Source: a virus (Duplodnaviria; Caudoviricetes). Taken from it: a stretch of 54,888 nucleotides of DNA. Position 1 is the first letter of the stretch; the number at the start of each line of letters is the position of its first letter. Where the stretch lies: positions 1 through 54,888 of the IMG/VR virus record IMGVR_UViG_3300033143_002805. One strand, written 5' to 3'. Under the pieces are notes generated by a model that was not told where the DNA came from, did not search any database, and was given only the letters and a program-made list of their open reading frames with translations. Made by a program: the position numbers and the translations under genes. Below are positions 9,565 through 18,959 of the stretch, one piece after another.

Positions 9565-10237
9565 GGACAGGGTATCCAAAGGTTATATTGTTGACGAAAT
9601 GCATCGTTACAATATTTTGTTGGAAGCGAGAGAAGTATTTCTGCACGGATGCATAGAGGGCAGCGAAGAAGGTGATCCTGGTGTTGACTATCGTATGGCT
9701 ACTAACTTTGTCAAGAACATGGCATTGCTAGACCGTATTGACGATAAAATGCCAATAGTTGTACATCAGCACTCGGTCGGAGGGGGATGGACCGAAGGCA
9801 TGATGATTTTCGATGCCATTTCCACATGTACCTGCTCAGTGATTATGGTAACGCATGGTATAGCTGCCTCTATGGGCAGTATAATTCCTCAAGCAGCCGA
9901 CCTTCGTATCAGTATGCCGAATTGCTGGTGGCTTATTCACGATGGAACCACCGATATTAACTCTGACTTCACTGTCAGAATGGCAAAGTCTTGGGCAGGA
10001 TGGGAAGAAATTACTACTAAGCAAATGATGAGTATTTATGCCGAAGTATGTAGCCATGGAGAGGTATATAAAGATAAAAGTGAATCTCAAATAAAACTCT
10101 TGATCCGTAAGCAACTTGAGAAAAAAGAAGACTGGTGGTTATCGTCTGAGGATTCTGTACGTCATGGCTTTTCTGATGCCGTGTGGGGTTCAGACGGTTA
10201 CGAGTCCTTAGAAATTATAAAGCAACATGTACTTTGA
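9548..10237 (+). CDS. clpP: ClpP-like protease
   Basis: S.GG....G..I.D; AASMGS (Ser), LIHDG (His), EDWWLS (Asp). Confidence 0.85.
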   Translation: MSLKNRDRVSKGYIVDEMHRYNILLEAREVFLHGCIEGSEEGDPGVDYRMATNFVKNMALLDRIDDKMPIVVHQHSVGGGWTEGMMIFDAISTCTCSVIMVTHGIAASMGSIIPQAADLRISMPNCWWLIHDGTTDINSDFTVRMAKSWAGWEEITTKQMMSIYAEVCSHGEVYKDKSESQIKLLIRKQLEKKEDWWLSSEDSVRHGFSDAVWGSDGYESLEIIKQHVL

Positions 10238-10856
10238 ATATTGCAACTACAATAAATATATAAACGACTATGGCAAAGAACTCTCTCATATTTTTAAAGC
10301 ACTAGATAAAGGACTAGCGGGACTTGCCCTCCCGATACATATGGTTCGAGAGGTTCGAGAGTTTATGCCTGAGGGTATTGTTCTATCGACTCCGATTGAC
10401 TATCCGTTGGGATATGCGTCGACCACAGTCCGAAATCATTGGGTACTTAACTCTCTTAAGTGCGGTGTGAATGCTATAGATTACACACCCAATCAATACT
10501 TTGTAAGACACAAGTGGACAGATTTGGTTAATGAGATTACCACCGACTTAAGAATGTGCTCTGACTATGGAGCCACTTTTCGTGTCTTTCTTGACTACCA
10601 CCGGGTCAGCAACGTCGTTAACTATGCTCGTAGACTGGCGGATATCGGTGTCGAAGTCGTATTCCCCGCAATGGGCTATCATCATGATGATTTCTTTGAC
10701 AATATCATAAATTCCAAATTAATAGAGAAAAAGACCAACTTATCAGTCATTTTCAATGGATATATCTGGAAAAAGAGCCAGATCAAGATCCTTAAAAAGG
10801 CCAAGCTGTTCGGAGGAAGGCTGTATAATCTAGAACTTTGGTGTAATCAACAGTAG
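10227..10856 (+). CDS. Divergent DeoC-like TIM-barrel protein
   Basis: IDYPLG and G..AID motifs match DeoC; the catalytic-Lys motif KTSTG appears replaced by FPAMG. Confidence 0.6.
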   Translation: MYFEYCNYNKYINDYGKELSHIFKALDKGLAGLALPIHMVREVREFMPEGIVLSTPIDYPLGYASTTVRNHWVLNSLKCGVNAIDYTPNQYFVRHKWTDLVNEITTDLRMCSDYGATFRVFLDYHRVSNVVNYARRLADIGVEVVFPAMGYHHDDFFDNIINSKLIEKKTNLSVIFNGYIWKKSQIKILKKAKLFGGRLYNLELWCNQQ

Positions 10857-10920
10857 GATCGGGATATTTATTTGTTTGGAGTGATAGGAGACTACGACGT
10901 ATTTAGTCGGAGTAAATAAC

Positions 10921-11520
10921 ATGAGTTTTTGGGACATTGCAGGTGGTTTTGACAGCGGTATTTTCATCAACGGCGTGATGAGTGGTGTCGATAACGATCA
11001 AGGTGCTATCCGTTATGCGGGTACTAATATTGATGAAACCACCAAATGGTCAAACGTGGCACTAGGTGCTGGCAGTAGAGTTACTACCATAGTTTCTGGT
11101 ATTAACGGCATAAGTGGAATTTTGGGCGGTGGCATATTTAATGGTGGTGACCAAGTTATTCTACGTGTGACCACAGATATCGCTAACGTTGCCAATACCG
11201 TATTGTTGGCTGGTGCATCCAATTCTTCGAAGAACAGCACAATCCATCAAACAGCTAAAGTGTCTACACACTTTTACAAGACCGCTATTCGTACTAACAA
11301 GTGGAGTCAAATTTCTGGTGCATGGGAAGCCGGTTTCCCACTCGTAATTGATACGGGAGTGTGGGATCAAGCCACAGCTGCCGACGAAGCAGCTGATTTG
11401 CTAGCGAACAACACAGACAATGCAGCTAATCCAACAGCAGCTATTCCTGGTGAGTTTGTCTATCGTAATGGCAGCCCAACGCCTGTGCAAGACAACTATA
11501 AGGCAAAGACTGCATTTTAA
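10921..11520 (+). CDS. Hypothetical protein, possibly virion
   Basis: GGAG RBS; Gly/Asn/Ala/Thr-rich composition. Confidence 0.7.
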   Translation: MSFWDIAGGFDSGIFINGVMSGVDNDQGAIRYAGTNIDETTKWSNVALGAGSRVTTIVSGINGISGILGGGIFNGGDQVILRVTTDIANVANTVLLAGASNSSKNSTIHQTAKVSTHFYKTAIRTNKWSQISGAWEAGFPLVIDTGVWDQATAADEAADLLANNTDNAANPTAAIPGEFVYRNGSPTPVQDNYKAKTAF

Positions 11521-11545
11521 CCTTGTGATTAAATAGAGGTGTATT

Positions 11546-11878
11546 ATGAATGACCCTATGTTAATCGCAGTTATCATTGCCTTGGTTAAAATTGTAGATT
11601 TGGTGATACAGACTCTTCTTAAAAAACTTTTTCCCGGTGGGGGATGGAGTGACAAAGAAAAATTTGTGGCCATGGCTCAGCTAAGAAGGTTGTACGATAT
11701 GCACAATATAACAGATGGAGACGGAACACCTATTTGGTATGTTCCACAGGCGTTGGCTGATAATCAACAAGAGCTTGTAAAAACTGTAAGTGACATAGTT
11801 CACACACAGATGCTACAAACAACCGCGATGGAAAGGTGTGCTGTGATATTAGACAGAATTGACCAACGACACGTCTAA
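11546..11878 (+). CDS. Membrane protein with single N-terminal TM helix
   Basis: GAGGTG RBS; hydrophobic residues about 5-26. Confidence 0.7.
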   Translation: MNDPMLIAVIIALVKIVDLVIQTLLKKLFPGGGWSDKEKFVAMAQLRRLYDMHNITDGDGTPIWYVPQALADNQQELVKTVSDIVHTQMLQTTAMERCAVILDRIDQRHV

Positions 11879-11897
11879 TATCTCTGTTGAAAACTAT

Positions 11898-11944
11898 AAG
11901 GCAGAGTACAATTCCTTAACAGGTTTCGTACTTTGCCTTTTTTT
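11898..11944 (+). terminator. Intrinsic terminator
   Basis: AAGGCAGAGTAC / GTACTTTGCCTT stem followed by a T run. Confidence 0.75.
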
Positions 11945-11956
11945 ATTGGAGTAAGG

Positions 11957-12169
11957 ATGAACGAGAAAGAAAAAGGTCTCCGCTATACTACTACTGTGGA
12001 CTTGGATGTTGCTGGAATGTATGCGGAGGAAAGATGTAAACATTGTTCAGGTCGCGGCATCCTTAGCACACAGGTTAGTTCAGGTGGTACTATTCGTAAA
12101 GATAAAGCAGTTGAACATAGAGTTGACTATTGCTCATGTGTTCGTAAAAATGTAAGGAAATACGGATGA
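11957..12169 (+). CDS. Small Zn-finger protein (DnaJ-like CxxCxGxG)
   Basis: CKHCSGRG and YCSCV; ATGA overlap with the next gene. Confidence 0.65.
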   Translation: MNEKEKGLRYTTTVDLDVAGMYAEERCKHCSGRGILSTQVSSGGTIRKDKAVEHRVDYCSCVRKNVRKYG

Positions 12170-12615
12170 ATTGGGACGAGTTCTACATAGGAATGTGTTT
12201 GCAAGTTTCTAAAAAATCAAAAGACAGGAGTACTAAAGTAGGCGTTGTCATAGTCACTCCAGACAACACTCTTCTATCTATTGGTTTTAACGGATTCCCT
12301 CGCGGCATTGATGATGAAATCGAAAGATATCATGAGCGTCCCATGAAATATCGAATCACAGAACACGCCGAGCGGAACGCTATCTATAACGCTGCTCGTA
12401 ATGGTATTCGCCTGCAAGGCTCTATCATGTATCTACCGTTCGAGCCAACCCCTTGTACAGACTGTACTAGGGGAATAATTCAAGCAGGTATAGTAGAAGT
12501 CAGAGGCACAAATGCTAAATTCCCCGGCAAAGGCACGCAGTGGGACGAGGATCTAGCCATTGCGAAGGAAATGCTGGACCACGCAGGTATTAAGCGTACG
12601 GCACTTAACTGTTGA
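12166..12615 (+). CDS. dCMP deaminase
   Basis: SKDRSTKVG, GFNGFPRG, HAERNAI, PCTDC. Confidence 0.93.
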   Translation: MNWDEFYIGMCLQVSKKSKDRSTKVGVVIVTPDNTLLSIGFNGFPRGIDDEIERYHERPMKYRITEHAERNAIYNAARNGIRLQGSIMYLPFEPTPCTDCTRGIIQAGIVEVRGTNAKFPGKGTQWDEDLAIAKEMLDHAGIKRTALNC

Positions 12616-12693
12616 CAGTAAAAATTTATTACAAAAACTGAACTTAAAAAGTAGAGTGCAACTTTTACTTGGGTCACGAACGGTGTAGTTATA

Positions 12694-12876
12694 GATGGTC
12701 GGGACTAACACGGGCGAAACACTCCCCGTTAAAAGCGACACTCCTCGATCATTAACAACAGACGGTAAGATATACTACAAAGATAAGCGTTAAGGTTGGA
12801 AAGATTTACTAAAAATAAAACACACAACAAAAGCAATTAAACCTAGTAGCACACCGTCATTAACGTGTCGCCTTAA
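12694..12876 (+). ncRNA. Candidate structured leader RNA upstream of nrdJ
   Basis: Complementary pairs 12694-704/12742-52, ACGGG/CCCGT, GCGACAC/GTGTCGC, GACGGT/ACCGTC, TACTA/TAGTA, AGGTT/AACCT. Confidence 0.5.
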
Positions 12877-12883
12877 AACTAAC

Positions 12884-12922
12884 GGCCCGCTCTGTACGCA
12901 CGCATAGAGCGGGTCTTTTTTT
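12884..12922 (+). terminator. Intrinsic terminator 18 nt before nrdJ start
   Basis: GGCCCGCTCTGT / ATAGAGCGGGTC stem followed by T7. Confidence 0.8.
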
Positions 12923-12940
12923 ATCAACGGAGGATCATCA

Positions 12941-15487
12941 ATGGGTGCATTTACCAATTCTTTTTCAGAAGAAACATGGTATCAAAAATACAAATTCGAA
13001 AATGATACGTGTGTTGAGGACACATGGGCGAGAGTTGCAAAAAACCTTGCATCAAAAGAAAGGTATAGCACTAAGTGGGATAAACGATTCTACTCAATAC
13101 TAAAAGATTTTAAATTTGTCCCAGGCGGACGAGTTACGTCCAACGCAGGAACAGGTCTACAGGGCACAACGCTGGTCAACTGTTTCGTCTCGGGTCCAAC
13201 AGGTAAAGATATAGACTCTATTGAGGGAATCTATGGTGAGCTACTTCGTCAGGCCCAAATCTTAAAGAGCGAAGGTGGTTACGGCTTTTGTTCTGATTTT
13301 ATGAGACCAAACGGGGCTCATATTCACGGTATTGCCAACCAATCTCCTGGTGCTGTAAAGTTCCTAGAGCTTTGGGATAAATCCTCCGAGATCATTACTG
13401 CCGGATCAAACAAGAAGGCCGAAAAGGGCGAAAAAAACTTCATTCGTAAGGGTGCCCAGATGGTCACGATGTCCTGCTGGCATCCCGATGTATTGGAATT
13501 TATAGTAGCAAAGAAAACCCCTGGCCGATTGACCAAATTCAACATGTCTGTCCTCTGCACTGACGAATTCATGGAAGCAGTAAAGAATGACGACCCCTGG
13601 CTCCTCAAGTTTCCCAACTACAAACTCTATCCCAAAGATTACAAAGAGTCTTGGGACGGAGACATTAATGTATGGGAAAAATTGATCCTAAGCAAGTACG
13701 ATCCCGAAGGCAAAGGAGACGACCTCTCAAGTATTGTCCTCTACGATACTCCAGTTAAGAAGGCCCGCGATCTCTGGGACTTGATAATGGAGAATACATA
13801 CAACCGAAATGAGCCGGGGGTACTGTTCGTAGACACTATGAACCGCATGAATAATCTAGGGTATGTAGAGAATATCAACGCGACCAATCCATGCGGAGAA
13901 CAGATACTCCCCATCGGAGGGGTGTGTCTACTTGGCTCTATTAACTTGGTTCACTTTATTGATCCTGATACTAAAGAATGGAAATGGGACGAACTAAAGG
14001 CTGCGATCCACGACGCTGTTCGTTTCATGGATAATGTGAACGATATCACTAATGTCCCCCTAAAATCTCAGAGGAAAAACCTCCAAGACAAGAGACGTAT
14101 TGGACTAGGTATTTTGGGATATGGCTCTGCATTGCTAATGGCTCGTATCAAGTATGGTAGCAAGAGAGCATTAGAAATGACCGAGAATCTTATGCAGGTT
14201 TTCACTAACGAAGCATATAAGACTTCGGCACTATTAGCCAAGGAAAAAGGTGCTTTTCCTCTCTATGATGAAGAGCAATATCTATCGGGCGAATTCATTA
14301 AACAGCTTGACCCTAAGACTATAGCTCTGATTAAGAAGCACGGAATACGTAATTCCCACCTGACTTCAATACAGCCAACCGGCAATAGTGCGTGCTTTGC
14401 GAATCTGCCCAGTGGTGGTCAAGAGCCGCTATTTATGCACGGCTACGTTCGTACAGCAATTCAGCCATCAGCTCCAGAGTTTTTACATGAACCTATTAAT
14501 ATAGATTGGGATAAAAAGAAGCACGAGAATATACAGGCAGAGGGTCAACCAGAGACTCATTGGAAATGGATTAAAGAAGGGGATGAAGACCTTCTAGCTA
14601 CTTTATTTGAAGGTAAAACCTGGAAATTTGATCGTAATCGTGGGCTTACAAAAGAAGAGTGGATTGAAGACTATGGGGTTTCATATTTAAAATCAGTTGA
14701 CAAATGGAATCCTGATGCTCAATGGGCGTCTTGCACTATGGATTTAGATGTAGATGCCCATATTAACACAATGTCAATCTTCGCAAAATGGGTAGATTCT
14801 GCCATCTCTAAGACTATTAACCTTCCCAATGAATATCCTTATGAAGATTTCAAGCTGGTGTATAAGAAGGCGTGGGCTAATGGCATTAAAGGATTTACGA
14901 CTTATAGGGCAGGTACAACAATCTCTGTTTTGGCAGCGGAATCCTCCTTATCTGACAACAAAGATAAGATCCGCAAGACAGTAGCCCCAGTCCGTCCGCG
15001 AGAGTTACCGTGTGATGTGTATCATATTAAGGTAAAAGGCGAGTCCTACTTCGTATTGGTGGGTATCTATAATGGTGACCCTTACGAGGTGTTCGCGGGC
15101 AAGAATGGATTCCTGGACAAAAAGGTTGTTAGTGGGACTATAATAAAGCTAGGTAAACCTAGGGGAGTATATAAGGTTATACTGTCGGATGGCCTAGAAT
15201 TATCACCCATAAATGCCACATGTTCTGCCGAAGAAGATGCTTTAACACGCATGACATCAACCGCCCTACAACACGGGGCCGACATGCACCTGATTGTAAA
15301 GCAGTTGGAGAAGGTTAAGGGAGATATGCATACTTTTGCCAGAAGTATGGCACGAGCAATCAAAAAATACATTCCGAATGGTGCAAAAGAAAATATTGCC
15401 TGTCCAGAATGTGAAGCGACAGATGGTTTAATTCGCCAGGAAGGGTGTATTACTTGTCTGTTATGTGGCTGGAGTAAGTGTGGGTAA
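12941..15487 (+). CDS. nrdJ: Class II (B12-dependent) ribonucleotide reductase
   Basis: PGGR, TLVNCF, TNPCGEQ, QPTG, AISKTIN; C-terminal TSCPD-like domain and Cys ribbon; no small subunit nearby. Confidence 0.9.
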   Translation: MGAFTNSFSEETWYQKYKFENDTCVEDTWARVAKNLASKERYSTKWDKRFYSILKDFKFVPGGRVTSNAGTGLQGTTLVNCFVSGPTGKDIDSIEGIYGELLRQAQILKSEGGYGFCSDFMRPNGAHIHGIANQSPGAVKFLELWDKSSEIITAGSNKKAEKGEKNFIRKGAQMVTMSCWHPDVLEFIVAKKTPGRLTKFNMSVLCTDEFMEAVKNDDPWLLKFPNYKLYPKDYKESWDGDINVWEKLILSKYDPEGKGDDLSSIVLYDTPVKKARDLWDLIMENTYNRNEPGVLFVDTMNRMNNLGYVENINATNPCGEQILPIGGVCLLGSINLVHFIDPDTKEWKWDELKAAIHDAVRFMDNVNDITNVPLKSQRKNLQDKRRIGLGILGYGSALLMARIKYGSKRALEMTENLMQVFTNEAYKTSALLAKEKGAFPLYDEEQYLSGEFIKQLDPKTIALIKKHGIRNSHLTSIQPTGNSACFANLPSGGQEPLFMHGYVRTAIQPSAPEFLHEPINIDWDKKKHENIQAEGQPETHWKWIKEGDEDLLATLFEGKTWKFDRNRGLTKEEWIEDYGVSYLKSVDKWNPDAQWASCTMDLDVDAHINTMSIFAKWVDSAISKTINLPNEYPYEDFKLVYKKAWANGIKGFTTYRAGTTISVLAAESSLSDNKDKIRKTVAPVRPRELPCDVYHIKVKGESYFVLVGIYNGDPYEVFAGKNGFLDKKVVSGTIIKLGKPRGVYKVILSDGLELSPINATCSAEEDALTRMTSTALQHGADMHLIVKQLEKVKGDMHTFARSMARAIKKYIPNGAKENIACPECEATDGLIRQEGCITCLLCGWSKCG

Positions 15488-15519
15488 TTCACTATGTATT
15501 ATTTTAAAGGAGGCATAAT

Positions 15520-15657
15520 ATGCCATTGTTCAATGGGGTTATAGCCGAATTCGTTAGAAAGCACAAATTAATTAAGCGTACTGCTCTCTTGGGTGGGGCT
15601 TTGGCTGGCTTATATTTCTTGGGAACTTCTCAGGGGTGGTGGGAATCTGCGTTCTAG
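15520..15657 (+). CDS. 45-aa membrane peptide (not in ORF track)
   Basis: AAGGAGG RBS; MPLFNGVIAEFVRKHKLIKRTALLGGALAGLYFLGTSQGWWESAF. Confidence 0.7.
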   Translation: MPLFNGVIAEFVRKHKLIKRTALLGGALAGLYFLGTSQGWWESAF

Positions 15658-15688
15658 GAAGCTTTAGTATCAATGATTGGAGCAGACG

Positions 15689-16618
15689 ATGGCAAATGAT
15701 TACAATACTCCCGAAGAATTGCTGCATGCCTACCAAACCGGCCTAGCAGGAGCAGAGTGTGATCCAGAAGACTTAAAGGTACTTCTGGGTGAGCTGCCCA
15801 TGCCCGTGTTCGGAGCCGCAGCGTACGAGCTATACGAAAGCGGAGCTGGTAAGCTAAGTTTACCTTTTAAGTCCTTACTTAAGTTCGATCCGAACTTTGG
15901 CCCACTAGAACGTCAAACAACAGGTGACTGTGTATCCCATTCGACACGTAATGCGGTTGATATTACACGGGCAGTTGAGATTGACATCAAGGGTGAGTCA
16001 GAATCGTGGGAAGCAAGGGGAGCAACCGAGGCCATCTACCAGTCCAGAGGTCACAAGGGACAAGGAATGTCCTGCTCTGGTGCAGCCAGATATGTGAATA
16101 AGACTGGCGGTCTATTGATTAGAAAAGATTATGGCGATATAGATTTAAGTACTTACAACTCTACCGTTGGTATGAGACATCGTATCCCAAGTTCCATTTA
16201 CAAGTCAGAGGCACGTAAGCATCCAATCAATACTATCTCTTTGATTTCAACAGTCGAAGAGGCTCGTGATGCCTTAGCTAATGGTTATGCATTGTCATGT
16301 TGTAGTGGATTAGGCTTTTCATCTAATCGAGATAGTAAGGGTATTGCTAGACGATCTGGATCATGGAGTCATGCAATGGCATGGATAGCTTGCGACGATA
16401 CTAACGAGATTTACAAGGAGACATTGTTCTTAATCCAAAATAGCTGGGGAAAGTGGAATAGCGGCCCGAAACGTCATGGTCAACCTGACGGAAGCTTCTG
16501 GGTACGTGAGCGTGATGCCCGGTCTATTTTGAACTCTAGAGGTTCTTTTGCATTCAGTGATGTAGAAGGATTTCCAGCCAGACAACTACCACAGTACGGT
16601 CTAGGAGGATGGGTGTAA
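15689..16618 (+). CDS. Papain-like (C1) cysteine peptidase
   Basis: Q..GDCVSH (Gln/Cys), WSHAM (His), IQNSWG (Asn), DGSFW. Confidence 0.85.
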   Translation: MANDYNTPEELLHAYQTGLAGAECDPEDLKVLLGELPMPVFGAAAYELYESGAGKLSLPFKSLLKFDPNFGPLERQTTGDCVSHSTRNAVDITRAVEIDIKGESESWEARGATEAIYQSRGHKGQGMSCSGAARYVNKTGGLLIRKDYGDIDLSTYNSTVGMRHRIPSSIYKSEARKHPINTISLISTVEEARDALANGYALSCCSGLGFSSNRDSKGIARRSGSWSHAMAWIACDDTNEIYKETLFLIQNSWGKWNSGPKRHGQPDGSFWVRERDARSILNSRGSFAFSDVEGFPARQLPQYGLGGWV

Positions 16619-17385
16619 TGGGCAGCGAAAAAGCGAGAATGTGGCTTGGTATACTATTGATTGTTGTCGGCATTTTTTATAAGCCAGGGGAACCGACTCC
16701 TCCTGTTGTTGACAACAAGTTAAAAGAACCGGCAGCCGATATAGTAGTTCTAGTGAAAGACATTAGTATAAGCGACAACGCTGATTCAAGCAAGTTAGCT
16801 GGCATGTTTAATGCTATGTCAACCAAGCTGGACGGTACGACACTGAATAGTAATCTACAAGTTCAATACTTTATGAATGCGATAGGTAAGAATACATTCG
16901 GTAGCGAGTTGATGGACAATGGTAATTCAAAATATCCTAAGTTTGCTCCTGCTGTTGCAGAGGCTATGACTAGCATTTTAGGACCACAAACGGATACTAG
17001 TCCGGTCACAAGCGACAAAAAGCGTAAACTAGCTAGACTGTTCTACGGATTATCATGGAAATTATACAAGTCCAGTAACGATGAAGAGTACGAAGAGTAT
17101 AAAGCTAAGGCATTATCGGCAATTGCAGAGTATAATAAAGAAGACGAACCACTTCCTCCACCGGACAGTGAAGATTGTCCATGCGAAGGCAAGGGTTATA
17201 TTATTCATGGAGACGGACACCAAACGGATTGTCCATGTGTAGCGTCAGGTACAGACTGTGAGCACGATCCAAAGTGCGGGACTGGAGACTTACCTGATCT
17301 TTCAACCAACAAATCTTCTGGTTCACAAGTATACAAGACAACTCAACGAAGACGTGGAATATTGAGAGGTATATTTAGACAATGA
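16618..17385 (+). CDS. Membrane-anchored protein with Cys-rich C-terminus
   Basis: TAATG coupling; N-terminal TM, Pro linker, CPCEGKG..HGDGH..CPC. Confidence 0.75.
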   Translation: MGSEKARMWLGILLIVVGIFYKPGEPTPPVVDNKLKEPAADIVVLVKDISISDNADSSKLAGMFNAMSTKLDGTTLNSNLQVQYFMNAIGKNTFGSELMDNGNSKYPKFAPAVAEAMTSILGPQTDTSPVTSDKKRKLARLFYGLSWKLYKSSNDEEYEEYKAKALSAIAEYNKEDEPLPPPDSEDCPCEGKGYIIHGDGHQTDCPCVASGTDCEHDPKCGTGDLPDLSTNKSSGSQVYKTTQRRRGILRGIFRQ

Positions 17386-17741
17386 CAACAATAGATGAAA
17401 AAATGTTGCCGTTGGCAACTAAGGTGTTGGAGGAGTCTAACTCCAAAGCAAAAGAAGATAGCCATCAAATCGACCCCATGACAATCCTTACGATTATCTC
17501 GCTGTTGATTAAACTGGCGACTTTCCTTTGGGAATGGTATAGACGAGATAAGGACAAGTTTGTTAAGTCCAATCAGCTAAATTTTATAATGAGATGGGTT
17601 GTTTGGAGACATGTTAAGAAGGATGTAGTAAATCGCAAGGACGCCAAATACATTTACGAAGGTATCTGTGGTATGGTGTATAAGTTTACGGATGACGACC
17701 GTAAAACTTTAATAGAAGTCATAACTGAAAAGGGTAAATAA
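17382..17741 (+). CDS. Hypothetical membrane protein
   Basis: IDPMTILTIISLLIKLATFLW hydrophobic segment. Confidence 0.7.
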   Translation: MTTIDEKMLPLATKVLEESNSKAKEDSHQIDPMTILTIISLLIKLATFLWEWYRRDKDKFVKSNQLNFIMRWVVWRHVKKDVVNRKDAKYIYEGICGMVYKFTDDDRKTLIEVITEKGK

Positions 17742-17742
17742 T

Positions 17743-17922
17743 ATGAAACTTAAACTTCATGCGTTATTGCAATCTCGTAGATTTTGGGCAGCAGCAGCCG
17801 GTCTTTTGGCTGTGCTTGGCCAAGACTTGTTCGGAGTCGAGCTAGCAACAGAGCAATTAGTGTCTATAGCTTCTATCGTAGTGGCTTGGATCATTGGTGA
17901 CACTCTACGAGTAACTAAGTAA
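17743..17922 (+). CDS. 59-aa two-TM holin-like protein (not in ORF track)
   Basis: MKLKLHALLQSRRFWAAAAGLLAVLG..IASIVVAWIIGD; SRxFW plus two TM segments. Confidence 0.65.
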   Translation: MKLKLHALLQSRRFWAAAAGLLAVLGQDLFGVELATEQLVSIASIVVAWIIGDTLRVTK

Positions 17923-17940
17923 TAAGAGAGGGGCAAAGTT

Positions 17941-18267
17941 ATGGATCAGGTATTAGGATTCTTGAAAAACCTTGACACCTTTCAATACGTGCTTCTGGCG
18001 GCTGGTGCCTTCTTGTTATTCCCTACAGTTATAAAGTGGTGGAACGCAAAACCAGAAGATGATGTTGTAGACGATGTGGATCACGACGATCATAAGCACG
18101 AAACTGAGTTAAGTAGTCTAATATGTAAGTGGGAATGTCTGTGTGACTCCTGTCACAAGCGTGGCTTACATGGTGCCTGTGAAGCATTGCAGGCGGTTTT
18201 TCCAATGCTAGGTAAAATATATGAGGGAAAACACGATGTCGAAAAAGAGGGGATCGATCCAGAGTAG
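17941..18267 (+). CDS. Hypothetical membrane protein
   Basis: GAGG RBS; TM segment followed by an Asp/His tract and a Cys-containing helix. Confidence 0.7.
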   Translation: MDQVLGFLKNLDTFQYVLLAAGAFLLFPTVIKWWNAKPEDDVVDDVDHDDHKHETELSSLICKWECLCDSCHKRGLHGACEALQAVFPMLGKIYEGKHDVEKEGIDPE

Positions 18268-18427
18268 GATTGTTGATAGCTTTTTGAAAGAGCTTGGAGT
18301 CTCCCGCGAGCAAGTCGACAAGATGACTCAGCTCTGGGAGACAGTGGATGTGCAAAAAAATGATGACGGGATTGTCATTAATATCAAGTTGAAAAACATC
18401 CAGGTTAAGATCGAAACTGACAATTAA
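18236..18427 (+). CDS. Hypothetical protein
   Basis: ATG 18236 after GAGGG; ends just before a terminator. Confidence 0.6.
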   Translation: MSKKRGSIQSRIVDSFLKELGVSREQVDKMTQLWETVDVQKNDDGIVINIKLKNIQVKIETDN

Positions 18428-18431
18428 CGAT

Positions 18432-18460
18432 AAGGGGTTGTGGTAACACGGCCCCTTTTC
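18432..18460 (+). terminator. Intrinsic terminator
   Basis: AAGGGGTTGTG-GTAA-CACGGCCCCTT followed by Ts. Confidence 0.75.
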
Positions 18461-18500
18461 TATTACTGTTTTCCAGAAAAAATCTGAAATTGGCTAGAAA

Positions 18501-18511
18501 GCCGCTATAAT
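18501..18511 (+). promoter_or_regulatory. Candidate promoter GCCGCTATAAT
   Basis: Intergenic, after a terminator; identical to 1833-1843. Confidence 0.55.
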
Positions 18512-18650
18512 TATCTTTGTAGGGGCGTCCGGTTCTCTTACTGCGGAGTTAATAGCTCAGTGCTTGATGAGATAAGACATAGTCCATGCCTGACATTGGC
18601 ATGTCTCCTTGGCAGTCAACACCAGAAGAATGGTGGGAGTTCATTAAGGT

Positions 18651-18890
18651 ATGAAAAGACAAAATCGTTGTGATGCTTGCAATCGCATGTTCAACGATGG
18701 CGATAAGGTAACTGTCGTTATTCCTGATGTCGAAATCACGAATAGATATCAAAAAGGCTCATCATCTATTCGACTCAAATTATCACCTGACGCCGTTGAT
18801 GCCCGAGCAACAAAGGTATATTGCTCGAATTGTTTAAATTACTCAGGATATATATTAGAGGACCAAGAGGATGGAAAGAAGAAACTGTAA
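18651..18890 (+). CDS. Small CxxC..CxxC protein
   Basis: CDAC and CSNC motifs. Confidence 0.65.
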   Translation: MKRQNRCDACNRMFNDGDKVTVVIPDVEITNRYQKGSSSIRLKLSPDAVDARATKVYCSNCLNYSGYILEDQEDGKKKL

Positions 18891-18899
18891 CGTAATCTT

Positions 18900-18936
18900 G
18901 GCAGGGCTCCCTTTGGTGGGGGCGTTGCCTTTCTTT
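18900..18936 (+). terminator. Intrinsic terminator
   Basis: GGCAGGGCTCCC / GGGGGCGTTGCC imperfect stem followed by TTTCTTT. Confidence 0.6.
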
Positions 18937-18959
18937 ATGCCAGCCAAAGGCGATGAAGT

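Noticed and set aside
12616-12940. Cobalamin riboswitch or tmRNA
   Set aside because: No B12 box or tRNA-like ends recognised; kept only as an unclassified structured RNA candidate.
18543-18620. tRNA-like start GCGGAGTTAATAGCTCAG
   Set aside because: No T-arm (GTTCRA), anticodon arm or matching acceptor stem.
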